Shown in pieces: positions 1 through 10,472 of a stretch of 64,000 nt of DNA. A program made the translations under genes and the position numbers. Below the pieces are notes generated by a model. It worked only from the letters and a program-made list of their open reading frames with translations, had not been told where the DNA came from and searched no databases. The stretch's first letter is position 1; every line of letters starts with the position of its first letter. Source of the DNA: an uncultured Planctomycetota bacterium (lineage in GTDB: Bacteria > Planctomycetota > Planctomycetia > Isosphaerales > Isosphaeraceae); contig CAVTTN010000002.1 of NCBI GenBank assembly GCA_963737655.1, forward strand, positions 6,304,001 to 6,368,000, in the 5' to 3' direction.

Positions 1-1143
1 CTCGGGGGCGACCCGGGGCGCCCGGCCGAACTCGCCCATGCAGACCACCAGCGTCTGGTCGAGCAGCCCCCGCGAATCGAGGTCCTCGATCAGGGCCGAG
101 ACGCTGCGATCGTAGCGGGGGAGCAACCGATCGCGCATCACCCGAAAAATGTCGTTGTGCGTGTCCCAGCCGAACGCGTCGGGGTCGTCGGCGTGGCGGT
201 CCTGCCCCCGCGCGGAGTGGTTCCACATCACCGTGATCAGGGGGACTTCCGCCTCGGCCAGCCTCCGGGCCAGCAGGCACGCCTGCCCCGAGCGGTCCGG
301 ACCATACCGATCGCGGACGGCCATCGGCTCGGCCGAGAGGTCGAACGCCTCGCGGCACCGGGGCGAGCCGATCAGGTCGTACGCCTGGCGATACAGGCCG
401 GCCATCTCGCCCAGGGTGCGGTCCTTCGGCAGCTCGCGGCGGAACGTATCGACGCTTTCCAGGAGCGATCGCCTCGCCTCCATCCTGACCGGCGGCAGGT
501 CCGGCGACGGGTCCAGGTCCGGCAGGGGCGGATTCCCCCGGCTGACGTCGCCGATGACCATCGGCTCGAAATCTCGGCCGAGGAACCCGCCGTCCTGCCC
601 CGGCCCGGGGACCTCGGGCACCAGCGCGGGCGCGTTCACATGGACGGCCGTGTACGGGCGGGACCGATCCGGTCGAATCCGCGTGAGGACCGCACCCAAC
701 GTCGGGAAATCGGTCGGCCGGGGCGGAGGATTGGCCGATTTCTGGGGGTGGAATCGCCCGGTCAGGGCCAGGTACGTGGCCGAGCCGTGGTCGAGGTCGT
801 CGTGGGCCATGCTGCGGACGATCGTGAGCCGATCGGCCAATCGGGCGAGCCTCGGCAGGTGCTCGCCCAGGATCACGCCGGGGACCGAGGTCGCGATCGA
901 CCCGAACTCGCCTCGGATTTCCAGGGGCGCCTCGGGCTTCGGGTCCCACGTCTCCAACTGGCTCTGCCCGCCGTTGGCATAGACCACGATCACCGACTTC
1001 GCCCGCCCGAACCCGGGGGACCGGCCCGCGGCGGCGTTCGCCGACGTCCGGCCCGCGACCCCGAGCCCCGAGATCCCCGCGATCCCGCCGATCCTCAGCC
1101 ATTCTCGGCGGGAACACGGGGCCCCGGTCTGGAAGCGAATCAC
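1..1143 (-). CDS. DUF1501 domain protein; 3' end runs off the window
   Basis: Not in the ORF track; translated by hand. GTG start at 1143 after GGGAGG. N-terminus MIRFQTGAPCSRREWLRIGG, then GGQSQLETWDPKP, WDTH and LDQTLVVCMGEFGRAP, all typical DUF1501 motifs. Confidence 0.9.
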   Translation of the reverse strand, partial: MIRFQTGAPCSRREWLRIGGIAGISGLGVAGRTSANAAAGRSPGFGRAKSVIVVYANGGQSQLETWDPKPEAPLEIRGEFGSIATSVPGVILGEHLPRLARLADRLTIVRSMAHDDLDHGSATYLALTGRFHPQKSANPPPRPTDFPTLGAVLTRIRPDRSRPYTAVHVNAPALVPEVPGPGQDGGFLGRDFEPMVIGDVSRGNPPLPDLDPSPDLPPVRMEARRSLLESVDTFRRELPKDRTLGEMAGLYRQAYDLIGSPRCREAFDLSAEPMAVRDRYGPDRSGQACLLARRLAEAEVPLITVMWNHSARGQDRHADDPDAFGWDTHNDIFRVMRDRLLPRYDRSVSALIEDLDSRGLLDQTLVVCMGEFGRAPRVAPE

Positions 1144-1219
1144 GAGAAGCCCTCCCGGTGGCGGGGTCTCGACCGATCCTAACCGCCAAAGGCCCTCCGC
1201 GGAAGAAGGGCGCCGACGC

Positions 1220-2212
1220 TCAGCGATGCCCCAGGATCGGATGGGGCCGATACGGTTCTTCCAGGGCCTTCAACTCGGCCTCGTCCAGCTTCAGTTCCAC
1301 CGAGGCGATCGCGTCGTCGAGGTGGTGCGGCTTCGAGGCGCCGACGATCGGCGCCGTGACGCCCGGCTGGTGGAGGAGCCAGGCCAGGGCGACCTGCGCA
1401 TTCGAGACGCCTCGCTTCCCGGCGATCTCGGAGAGGCGATCGACGACCGCGAAATCCCCCTCGTTGTAGTAGAGGCTCTGGGCGAAGTCGTCGGTCTCGG
1501 CCCTCTTCGTCTCGCCGCCCTTCTTGCCGCCGTCGAGCTTGCGGTTGCCGGCGAGGAACCCCCGGGCCAGCGGGCTCCAGGGGATCAGGCCGATCCCCTC
1601 GTCCCGGCACAGGGGGTTCATCTCGCGCTCTTCCTCGCGATAGACGAGGTTGTAGTGGTTCTGCATCGTCGCGAACCGGCTCAGGCCGAGGCGGTCCGAC
1701 TCGTGGAGCATCTTGGCCATCTGCCAGGCGAACATCGACGACGCCCCGATCGCCAGCGCCTTGCCCGACCTCACCACATCGTCCAGGGCGCGGAGGGTCT
1801 CCTCGATGGGCGTGGCCGGGTCGAACCGGTGGATCTGGTACAGGTCGACGTAATCGAGGTTCAATCGCTTCAGGCTGGATTCGATCGCGTGGCGGATGTG
1901 CTTGCGGGAAAGCCCCCGCTCGTTGGCCGAGGGGCCGGTGGGGTGGAAGACCTTCGTGGCCACGACGACCTGGTCGCGGGGGATGGCCAGGTCGCGCAAC
2001 GCCCGGCCCAGGACGGCCTCGCTCTCGCCGTCGGAATACATGTCGGCGGTGTCGAAGAAGTTGATCCCGGCCTCCCACGCCCGTCGGTAGAACGGCCGGC
2101 TGGCCTCCTCGTCCAGGACCCAGGGCCGCCACTTGCTGGTGCCGTAGGTCATGCAGCCCAGGCAGATCCGCGAGACCTTCATGCCCGTCCGACCGAGGTT
2201 CACGAGTTCCAC
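1220..2212 (-). CDS. Aldo/keto reductase (aryl-alcohol dehydrogenase-like)
   Basis: LGRTGMKVSRICLGCM, FDTADMYSDG, DLYQIHRFD, PWSPLARG, PIVGASK. GTG start at 2212 after GAAAGG; the ORF-track extension upstream looks spurious. Confidence 0.93.
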   Translation of the reverse strand: MELVNLGRTGMKVSRICLGCMTYGTSKWRPWVLDEEASRPFYRRAWEAGINFFDTADMYSDGESEAVLGRALRDLAIPRDQVVVATKVFHPTGPSANERGLSRKHIRHAIESSLKRLNLDYVDLYQIHRFDPATPIEETLRALDDVVRSGKALAIGASSMFAWQMAKMLHESDRLGLSRFATMQNHYNLVYREEEREMNPLCRDEGIGLIPWSPLARGFLAGNRKLDGGKKGGETKRAETDDFAQSLYYNEGDFAVVDRLSEIAGKRGVSNAQVALAWLLHQPGVTAPIVGASKPHHLDDAIASVELKLDEAELKALEEPYRPHPILGHR

Positions 2213-2336
2213 GAGGCGCCTTTCTCGAATCGAGGTGGGGGCGGTCGATTGAGGAGGGCCCGGCCCCCTCTTATGATGGGCCGCGACCCCCTCCGGCGAA
2301 GTCGCTCCCATTCTATCCCGGCGGAGAAATCGACCC

Positions 2337-3239
2337 ATGCTCAGGACCGGCTGCCTCCTCGCGATCCTCGCCGCCGCCGCCCCCGCCCTGGCGCAGAACC
2401 GCCCTGCCCCGTCGAAGGAAGAAACCCTCGGGCCCGACTCCCAGCCGCAGGAAGGCGTCCCCAAAGGCGAAGTGAAGGGCCCGTTCCTCTTCAAGAGCCA
2501 GGCCCTGGCCGGAACCGTCCGCAAGTACTGGATTTACGTCCCGAGCCAGTACCGGGCGGAGAAGCCCGCGTGCTTGTTGGTCTTCCAGGACGGGGCCCGA
2601 GCCATCAACCCCAAGGGGGTCCTCCGCGTCCCGACCGTGATGGATAACCTGATCCACAAGAAGGAGATGCCGGTCACCATCGGCCTGTTTATCACGCCCG
2701 GCCAGCGCGGCGAGGAGTTCCCCGAGTCGATCGGCACCGGCAACCCCAACAACCGGAGCGTCGAATATGATTCTCTGGGAGATGCGTACGCCCGATTCCT
2801 CGTCGATGAGCTGATCCCCGAGGTCTCGAAGACCTACAACATCACCAAAGACCCCGAGGGCCGGGCGATCGGAGGCGCCAGCAGCGGGGCGATCTGCGCC
2901 TGGACGGTCGCCTGGGAGCGGCCCGACCAGTTCCGCAAGGTCATCAGCCTGATCGGCAGCTTCACCGACATCCGGGGCGGCCACGTCTACCCCGACCTCG
3001 TCCGCAAAACCGACAAGAAGCCAATCCGCATCTTCCTCCAGGACGGCGCGAAGGACAACCGCAACCCTCGCAACCCCAAACGCGACTGGCACTTGCAAAA
3101 CCAGGCGATGGTCGCCGCGCTCCAGGAAAAGGGCTACGACCTCAAGTTCGTCTTCGGCGAAGGAGGCCACTCCGACAACCACGGAGCCGCCCTCCTGCCC
3201 GACATCCTCCGCTGGATCTGGCGGGATTCCCCGAAATGA
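2337..3239 (+). CDS. Secreted enterochelin-esterase-like alpha/beta hydrolase
   Basis: Signal peptide (ALA-Q), YWIYVP, LLVFQDG, nucleophile elbow GASSG, C-terminal GGH. Confidence 0.85.
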   Translation: MLRTGCLLAILAAAAPALAQNRPAPSKEETLGPDSQPQEGVPKGEVKGPFLFKSQALAGTVRKYWIYVPSQYRAEKPACLLVFQDGARAINPKGVLRVPTVMDNLIHKKEMPVTIGLFITPGQRGEEFPESIGTGNPNNRSVEYDSLGDAYARFLVDELIPEVSKTYNITKDPEGRAIGGASSGAICAWTVAWERPDQFRKVISLIGSFTDIRGGHVYPDLVRKTDKKPIRIFLQDGAKDNRNPRNPKRDWHLQNQAMVAALQEKGYDLKFVFGEGGHSDNHGAALLPDILRWIWRDSPK

Positions 3240-3245
3240 GGGGCT

Positions 3246-3348
3246 TATTCTACTTTCGGGGGGAAATGTGGAACGGACCACGGCCCTGTTCCAATTTCGG
3301 AGAATCGCGCCCCGCCCTATTCCAGTTTTCTGGCGAACGAGTAGAATA
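3246..3348. promoter_or_regulatory. AT-rich putative operator region upstream of the Fic gene
   Basis: Degenerate motif T(A/G)TTC(C/T)A-N-TTT at 3246, 3287 and 3318, with inverted copies at 3263-3274 and 3339-3348. Confidence 0.35.
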
Positions 3349-3429
3349 GCGCGGCCAACGGTTCCGTGATTTCAAAGCAAGGCCCAATTTTCCAAGCTGC
3401 TGGATTCAAAAGGGTTGCGGGGCTTCCTG

Positions 3430-4620
3430 ATGCGTGGCAGCGACTTCTCGGAACACGCGCCGGGCCGCTTGGTGAAGGCCGTCGGCCCGACCGGAGATTA
3501 CTGGGCTTACGTACCGCATCCGTTGCCGCCCCCGCTGGTCTATGACGCGGAGATGGTCGAGATCCTCTCCGGGGCCGACCGTGCCCTGGGAGAGCTTTCC
3601 GGGGTGGGTCGGACCGTCCCGAATCCCCACTTGCTGATCGGTCCGTTCCTCCGTCGCGAGGCCGTCTCCTCGAGCCGGATCGAGGGGACGATCACCGACC
3701 TCCGCCAGCTCGTCCTGTTCGAGGCCGCCCCGAAGTCGGGCGATGTCGAGAGCGACGAGTGGGCCGATCGCCAGGAGGTCCTCAACTACGTGACCGCCCT
3801 GGAGTATGGCCTGGCGCGGCTCGCGACCTTGCCCCCGTCGCTCCGGCTGATCCGAGAGGTCCACGAGCGGCTGATGGACGGCGTCCGAGGCGGGGACAAG
3901 CGGCCCGGCCTGTTCCGGGACCGACCGAACAGGATCGGCAGGACCGGCCAGACCCCTCGGCAAGCCCGGTTCGTCCCGCCGCCCGTCCCCGAGATGCTCT
4001 CGGCGCTCGACGCCCTGGAGCGATTCATGAATTCGTCCGGCTCGATGCCGCCGGTCGTCGAGCTCGCCCTGATCCATTATCAGTTCGAGGCCATCCATCC
4101 GTTCCTCGACGGCAACGGCCGGGTCGGCCGCCTGCTGATCTCCCTCCTGCTTTGCCAGAGGGGCTGGCTCTCGCAGCCCCTGCTCTACCTGTCGGACTTC
4201 TTCGAGCGTCACAAGGCGGAGTATATCGACGGGCTCCTCGGGATCAGTCAGGACGGGCGATGGGCCGATTGGGTGAAATTCTTCGCCCGAGGGGTCCGAG
4301 AGCAGGCGCTCGTGGCCTCGTCGCGATGCAAGGCGCTGATGGACCTCGGGACGACCTACCGAAAGCGGCTCCAGGAGGTCGCCCAGTCGGCGAACCCCCT
4401 CCACCTCCTGGACCTCCTCTTCGAACGGCCGGCGATCACCGTGAACATGGCCGCCGAACGCCTGAACCTGACGTTCCAGGCCGCCCAGAACAACATCGAC
4501 AAGCTCGTGGCGCTGGGCATCGTCCGCGAGGCGACCGGCAAGCCCCGCGACCGGATCTATCTCGCCTCGGAGATCCTCTCGGTCCTCGAAGGGCCGGACG
4601 CCGACGGCGGCCCTGAATAA
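3430..4620 (+). CDS. Fic family protein (class II-type, N-terminal inhibitory motif, C-terminal HTH-like region)
   Basis: Canonical HPFLDGNGRVGR Fic motif; SSRIEG inhibitory motif; C-terminal ITVNMAAERLNLTFQAAQNNIDKLVALGIVRE resembles a winged HTH. Confidence 0.93.
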   Translation: MRGSDFSEHAPGRLVKAVGPTGDYWAYVPHPLPPPLVYDAEMVEILSGADRALGELSGVGRTVPNPHLLIGPFLRREAVSSSRIEGTITDLRQLVLFEAAPKSGDVESDEWADRQEVLNYVTALEYGLARLATLPPSLRLIREVHERLMDGVRGGDKRPGLFRDRPNRIGRTGQTPRQARFVPPPVPEMLSALDALERFMNSSGSMPPVVELALIHYQFEAIHPFLDGNGRVGRLLISLLLCQRGWLSQPLLYLSDFFERHKAEYIDGLLGISQDGRWADWVKFFARGVREQALVASSRCKALMDLGTTYRKRLQEVAQSANPLHLLDLLFERPAITVNMAAERLNLTFQAAQNNIDKLVALGIVREATGKPRDRIYLASEILSVLEGPDADGGPE

Positions 4621-4681
4621 TCGGCCGTTCGTGGTCGTCTGAATCCCCCGGGGCAAGGCACCGAGACCGCGAGGTGGCACG

Positions 4682-5947
4682 ATGACTTCCCGGACGATGG
4701 GCGTAGTCCTGTTCGCGGTCGGGGCGCTCTCCGCCGCTGCCTCGGCCGGAGAAGGCCGTGGCCCCGCCGTCTCGACCTGGACGATCCCGACCGAGCCGAT
4801 CGCGCGGAACCGCCCCTCGGGCGGCCGAGGCGTGAAGGTCGAGTCGCTCGCCTTCTCGCCCGACGGCTCGACCCTGGCCCTCGGCACCGGGCCGAAACGC
4901 GCGATCTGCCCGTTCGGGATGCCGGTAAGCGTGGAGGGCGGGAACGTCTACCTCCTGGATGCGAACACGGGCCGCGTCCGAAAGACCCTGGCCCGGCCGA
5001 AGCGTCCCGGCTCGTCCTATACGGTCCGCCGGCTCGCCTTCGCCGCCGATGCGTCCTGGCTCGCGACCTATCGCACCGAGGAGGACGGATCGCCCTATAC
5101 CGACATGCGGAAGCGAATCGGCGGCGAATGGATCGTCTGGGACCTGAAGACCGGCCGCCCCCGCCATGTCCTCCCGATCGGCTCACTCGGGCTTTCGGTC
5201 GTCTCGGCCGACGGGAACTCGCTGATCGTCTCGCGAGCCGACGGGACGATCCGCTCGTGGGACTTCGCCTCCGGGACGCCCCGGACCATCGCCTCGGGCC
5301 TCCTCTTCGAGCCGAGCGAGATGGCGGCCTCGCCCGACGGCCGATCGCTCGCGGTCCTCGGCACCGACGACGTGATCCGCGTCCTCGACACCAAAACCGG
5401 TGCGATCGCGGCGGTCTTCGGCGCGGCCCGGCTGCCCTCCGAATGGAAGGTCGATTCGCTGATCTTCGCCGGCCGGTCGAAGCTCGTCGCGGCCTCGTCC
5501 ACCGAGGACGTCGTCCCGGATGCACCCAATACGCCGAGGGGCCGCCTCACGGTCTTCAATCTGCTCACGAAGCGGGTCGGGACGACGATCCGCCGGGCCG
5601 AGAACGTTCACCCGGCCTCGCCCTCGCCCGATGGTCGGACGCTCGCCTGGCCCGGCCGCTCGGGATCGATCGTCCTGTTCGACGTGGCGAGCTCGACGGC
5701 CCGCGAGACCGAGCGCCACGAGAGCTTCGAGTGGACGGAAATCCGATTCGCCCCGTCGGGGGAGTGGGTCGCGGCCGGCACCTGGGCCTGGGTCTCGGCC
5801 TGGGCCGTGGGGTCCGGCAAGTTCCTCGGCACCGTGGAGGCCTTCGACGAGAGCGGATTCGCGATCGACCCGGCCCGACCACGGATCGCGGTCGGGGGGT
5901 TCGACGTCGAGGTGCTCGACCTGCAACGCACCGCCCCGCGGCCCTGA
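4682..5947 (+). CDS. Secreted WD40-repeat beta-propeller protein
   Basis: Signal peptide; repeated SLAFSPDG / SPDGR.LA / VWD / RSWD motifs. Confidence 0.8.
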   Translation: MTSRTMGVVLFAVGALSAAASAGEGRGPAVSTWTIPTEPIARNRPSGGRGVKVESLAFSPDGSTLALGTGPKRAICPFGMPVSVEGGNVYLLDANTGRVRKTLARPKRPGSSYTVRRLAFAADASWLATYRTEEDGSPYTDMRKRIGGEWIVWDLKTGRPRHVLPIGSLGLSVVSADGNSLIVSRADGTIRSWDFASGTPRTIASGLLFEPSEMAASPDGRSLAVLGTDDVIRVLDTKTGAIAAVFGAARLPSEWKVDSLIFAGRSKLVAASSTEDVVPDAPNTPRGRLTVFNLLTKRVGTTIRRAENVHPASPSPDGRTLAWPGRSGSIVLFDVASSTARETERHESFEWTEIRFAPSGEWVAAGTWAWVSAWAVGSGKFLGTVEAFDESGFAIDPARPRIAVGGFDVEVLDLQRTAPRP

Positions 5948-5956
5948 TCGCTGGCC

Positions 5957-6394
5957 TCAGCGCCCCGGCTTCGTCGCCCGTTGGAAACTCGGTTGGAATC
6001 GACCGCGATATTCCTCCAGGGCCGTCCTCCATTCCTGCGAGCTGACCGTCACGCGGCGGGGGACCGAGGCCAGCGGACCCCGAGACTTCAAGAATTGCTC
6101 GGCCGCCTCGAACCGCGAACGCTTCAAGCCTCGCGAAAAGACCGCGAACTCGGCGGCCGGCTCGTCCGCGAGGAAGAACACGCCGCTCTCGTGCTCGACC
6201 AGCCCGGCGGCCATCAGCCGATTCAGGCCGCCGTCCAGCTCCTCGGCGGTCACGACCATCCGATCGAGATAATCGACGGTGTGGATCAAATCCTGGAGCG
6301 TCAGCCGCCCCCCGGTGAAGGCCAGGGCGAGAAGGAGGAGGCCGTCGGTCGCGCCGATCGTCGGGTCGATCGGGGCGGCTTCGGGTGGTCCCAT
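5957..6394 (-). CDS. Hypothetical protein, possibly with a winged-helix region
   Basis: ORF fills the gap between convergent genes; LTLQDLIH...LDGGLNRLMAAGLVE is wHTH-like. Start uncertain (6394 or 6427). Confidence 0.5.
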   Translation of the reverse strand: MGPPEAAPIDPTIGATDGLLLLALAFTGGRLTLQDLIHTVDYLDRMVVTAEELDGGLNRLMAAGLVEHESGVFFLADEPAAEFAVFSRGLKRSRFEAAEQFLKSRGPLASVPRRVTVSSQEWRTALEEYRGRFQPSFQRATKPGR

Positions 6395-6416
6395 TGTTAT
6401 ATTCTTATTTCTTCGG

Positions 6417-9400
6417 CTATTCGACAATCAACACCCCATTCATGATCATCCAGTGCCCAGGAAATGTGCAAATATAGGGATATTTGCCGGGTTTCTCGGG
6501 TGCCTTGAAGGAGATCGCGAAGCGGTCGTCGGGGTTGACGATGTCGGTATAGACCAGGACGTCGTCGGTGTTCGGGACGTACTGGCGAGCCGCCGCGTCG
6601 GGGTCGGCGATGATCTTGTTCACGAGGTCGCCGACCTTGGGCAGAGTCCCGGGCTTGATCAGCACCCAGTTGTGCGGGACCACGTCGGGGTTCACGAACG
6701 ACAGCTTGAGCGCCTCCCCGGGCTTCGCCTTCAGGACGGCCGTCGAGTACGTGAGGTTCTTCCCCGCCTCGATGGTGATCGACCGCGCCCCGGAGAGCGG
6801 ATACCGCCACGGGTTCGGCGCCGATTTGGCCGATCGCGAGAGGTCGGCGAGGATCGGGTGGGCGGCGATCGTCTTCGAGGTCGGCCGGTAGCCCGGGAAC
6901 CCGGAGAACGGCGACGCCAGCTTGTGGACCGTCGCCACCAGGTCGATCGGCTCGCCGCCATCGACCCTCAAATGCAAATGCAATTGATTGACAGGCTGGA
7001 TGTCGGGCATTTCGAGGAAGACCGATCGGCCGTCTTCGAGGACGGTGGCCGAGAGGATGGGCATCGGGTCGTGGCCGGGCGTCCCGGGGTGCCTCGTCGA
7101 GAGCTCGGGCGATCCATACATGGCGCCGTACCGATAATTCCACGCCTGGGCGAACTGCTTCGAGGCATCGCCCGCGATCGCGCGATCGACGGGCCGGCTG
7201 AACGTCACGAGCACGCCGTTCTCGTGGGACCGCAATGCCGTCGGCAGCTGCGCGGGGCGCCGGTGTAGCGGACCCTCTGGAAGCAGCCGTCATCCGGCGT
7301 GTACGTGCCCCATCCCGAGAGGCCCGAGACGTACAATTGACCATCCTTCGGGTTGAACCGCGCCCGATGGACGCCCGAGCGGAAATCGCCGGGCAGGGGG
7401 ACGACCGCACCCTGGGGCTGGCCGTCCACCCTGTCGCGGAGGACGAGAAAAATCGTCCCCGAGCCGAACGACGTGTGGACCATCTGGCCCTTGAGCGGGC
7501 CCCAGCGATCGTCGGGCACGAACGCCTGGCCTCCGCTGGAATTGTCCATCCCCCGGGGGAGATACGCGAGCGGCAGGTCGGGCGGGAGGCCGTTCTTCGG
7601 GCCTCCGTAGCCGTAATGGCCGCCGGGCTTGATCTCGCAGATCATCGAGGCCGGCGTCCACTCCCCTTCCGAGCAAGGCACGGTCAGGGCGCCGTCGGGC
7701 GAGAGGCCGAGGCCGTCGGGGTTGCGGAAGCCGGTGGCGAGCACCTCGACGGACTTCCCATCGGGCCGGACCTTGAGGAGACCTTGTTTGCCCGAGCAGG
7801 TGAAGAAGTCTCCATGAGAATCGCGCTGAAGGCCGCAGATGAAGTCATGTCCGGCCGGCGAGGTCTCGTACGCGTTGCTCACACATTCATGAAAGTCGGC
7901 CTCGCCATCGCCATCCAGGTCGTGGAGCCGGGTGATCTGGTCGCGACCCAGGACATAAACCCGACCATCGCTCACCACGAGGCCCAGCGCCTGGTGAAGC
8001 CCCGAGGCGAACCGCCGCCACGTCACGTGTTGCAGGGTATCGTCGAGACCCTGGACCCGCCAGACGTCCCCGACCATCGTGCAGATCAGCGCCGAGCCAT
8101 CCGGCAGAAAATCATGATCGCCGAAGAACATGAGCGCCTTCCAGGGATTCTGGAACGGCACGGCGATGGTGTCGATCGCATAGGGCGACCCCGTGCCGAC
8201 CTCCCCCCTCGTCGTCACCCTCTGGGGCCACTTCGACGGCCCTCCCTTCGTCATCGCCGCGAGCGGGTGGGTCGCCGCCGGGCCGACGACCCTCGTGAAC
8301 TGCCCCCCCTCGGCCCACGGGGCATCGAGCATCTCGGTCTCGCCCACTCGATACGAGAAGATCACCCGCTTGCCGTGGCGATGGAAGCCGTGGTAGACGA
8401 TCGGCCCCTCGGGCTTCGACCCCTCGGGCCGGGGCAAAGGCGAGCCATCCTGGATCAGCCCGTCCATGAACCCATGTCGGCGCGGGGAGAACTTCACGAA
8501 TCCGCCCTTCCAGAGAGCGTCATACGTGAGCGTCTGCGGGTTGAAGCACGCCGAAAGCTCGCCCGAGTCCCCCAGTCGCACGCACACCCCTTTCGGCACC
8601 GTCACGCCCGGGCCGCGAAAGACCCCGGAGAGCACGGTGCCCAGGTCCGAATCGTTCCATCGGCCGTCCATCCAGACATCATCATTCTGGTTGCCCCAGT
8701 GGCCCAGGACGCCCCCGTCAAGCCCGGGATACTGCGGCAGCAGGGGCGGGACGTTCGGCGATTTCGCGAAGAACTCGGCTTCCTTGGCATAAAAGTCGTA
8801 AAGGCGGTCGCGATTGACCTTCTCCTTCCGGTTCGGCCATCGCTCGGGATGGATCGGGGCGGCCTCATAGGGAAACGACGCTGGAGTGTGAATGTGTGCT
8901 AGCAAGGCGTCCCCCGAGGGCGATCCCGGCTTCCCCTGGTCGACCAGGAACCGCAACACGTCGCGTCGTTGCTCGGGGGTCATCGACGCGGCGAGGCCGT
9001 CGGGCATGAGCGTCCCGGCCTCGCGCCTCTCCTCGATCGTCGCCTTCGGGATCGTGCAGTCCCGGCCGGTCGCCGCGTCCTTCAGCACCAGCTCCGCCGC
9101 CGATTCGCCCTTCTTGTAGCCCTGGATCGTGCGGCCATCGGCCGTGGCCACGACGGTGGCGACGTACTCGGGCCGGACGGTTCGAGCCGGCCAGAGGATC
9201 GACTCGGCGATCGCCTCGGGAGTCGTGCACGTGCCGATCACGCTCAGGTCCGGCCCCACGGATCCGCCCTGCTTGCCGACCTTGTGGCACGACAGGCAGC
9301 CGAACTTCGCGTCCGCGAACACGGCCGCGCCCCTCGCGGCGTTCCCCTCCAATTTGGCCCGTTCCACCAGCTCGGCCACCTTCGCCTCGTCCTCGGTCCG

Positions 9401-10374
9401 AGGGCCAGGCCCGCCATCGTCCGGGGCTTCGGCCTCGGGCCCGGTTCGCGGCCTTCGAGCTGAGGGAGGAGCCAGTCGAGGCCGTCGAGGTTGTCCTTCA
9501 GCCGCTCCTCGGCGTCGTCCTGGGTGTGCCCGAGGATGCCGATCCTCCCGCGATAGCCGCTGTCACGGATGGTCTTCAGCAATTCGAGGTCGAGCGAGCC
9601 TTGACCCAGCGGCAGGATTTTCTTGCCGAGCCGTTCGCCGTCGGGCTCCATCCCGTTCAGGTTCAAGCACATCAAATACGGCAGCATTTTGGGCAGGACG
9701 GCCGAGAACCGGCCGAGGTGGTCGTGGCCGTGGTGGAGGTTGTAGACCATCCCCACGTTGTTCACGCCCTCGCCCTTCAGCTTCTCGACGATCGCGACCT
9801 GGTTCTCCGGCTCGCCGAACCAGCCCCCGTGGTTGTAGAGCGCGAGCGAGCACCCGATCGCGTTCGCCTCGCTCGCCAGGGGCTTGAGCTTCGCGACCGC
9901 GCCGTCGATCCGCTTCTGCTGCTCGTCGCCGGTGGCCTTGTCGCCGCCGAAGTCGAGCAGGACCCACAATTGCGCCTTCACGCCATGGCGCTTGAGGACG
10001 TCCAGGATGAGTTTCGACTCGCGATTGAGTTCTCCCGGCGCGACCCACCAGGCATCGAGCGAAACACCCTCCTTCTTCAGCGCCTCGACCTCGGCGTCGA
10101 ACGTGGGGATGTGCTCCCCCCGCCAGTCGTAGGCGAAGTGCCGGAAACCCAGCCTCCTGAGCATCTCGGCGCGCTCGACGGGCCCCCTCTTCTTCGAGTC
10201 GAAGGGGACGATGCACCAGGCGATCAGGTTGTCCCGGGAGAACAGGAGGCGGGCGGCGTCGGCCTTCTGCTCGGGCGTCTTCGGAGGCCCCTGGGCGGAG
10301 GCGATCGGGGCGGCGAGGCCGAGGAGGATCAGCGAGCCGAGGGTCAGGAAACGCGGCCTCGCGGCGATGCTCAT
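6417..10374 (-). CDS. Large secreted redox protein: TIM-barrel + cytochrome c + DUF6797-like + beta-propeller + azurin/auracyanin-type Cu domain; two apparent frameshifts
   Basis: Three consecutive ORF pieces join by adding one base at G-runs 9402-9404 and 7254-7257, giving 1319 aa. Signal peptide MSIAARPR..., LYNHGGW, CLSCH heme motif, ASGLHQALGL / TGFRNPDG propeller, HNWV...CTFPGHWMIM type-1 copper site. Confidence 0.82.
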
Positions 10375-10472
10375 CGGGCGAATCCTCGGCGAGAGGGGGG
10401 CGGGGCGGGGCCGGAGGGAATCGAGGGTAATGCGCCCCGCCAGGCGTGTCAACGCGCCGTCCGGGCCCGAGA

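Noticed and set aside
149..1182. Plus-strand ORFs of 277 and 341 aa
   Set aside because: Antisense shadows of the DUF1501 gene on the minus strand, which has recognisable motifs and an RBS.
6417..10374. Treating the split genes (also 36329-37443 and 43284-51363) as pseudogenes or programmed frameshifts
   Set aside because: Uniform +1 repair in short G/C runs, no other decay and no canonical slippery heptamer. Sequencing error is more parsimonious.
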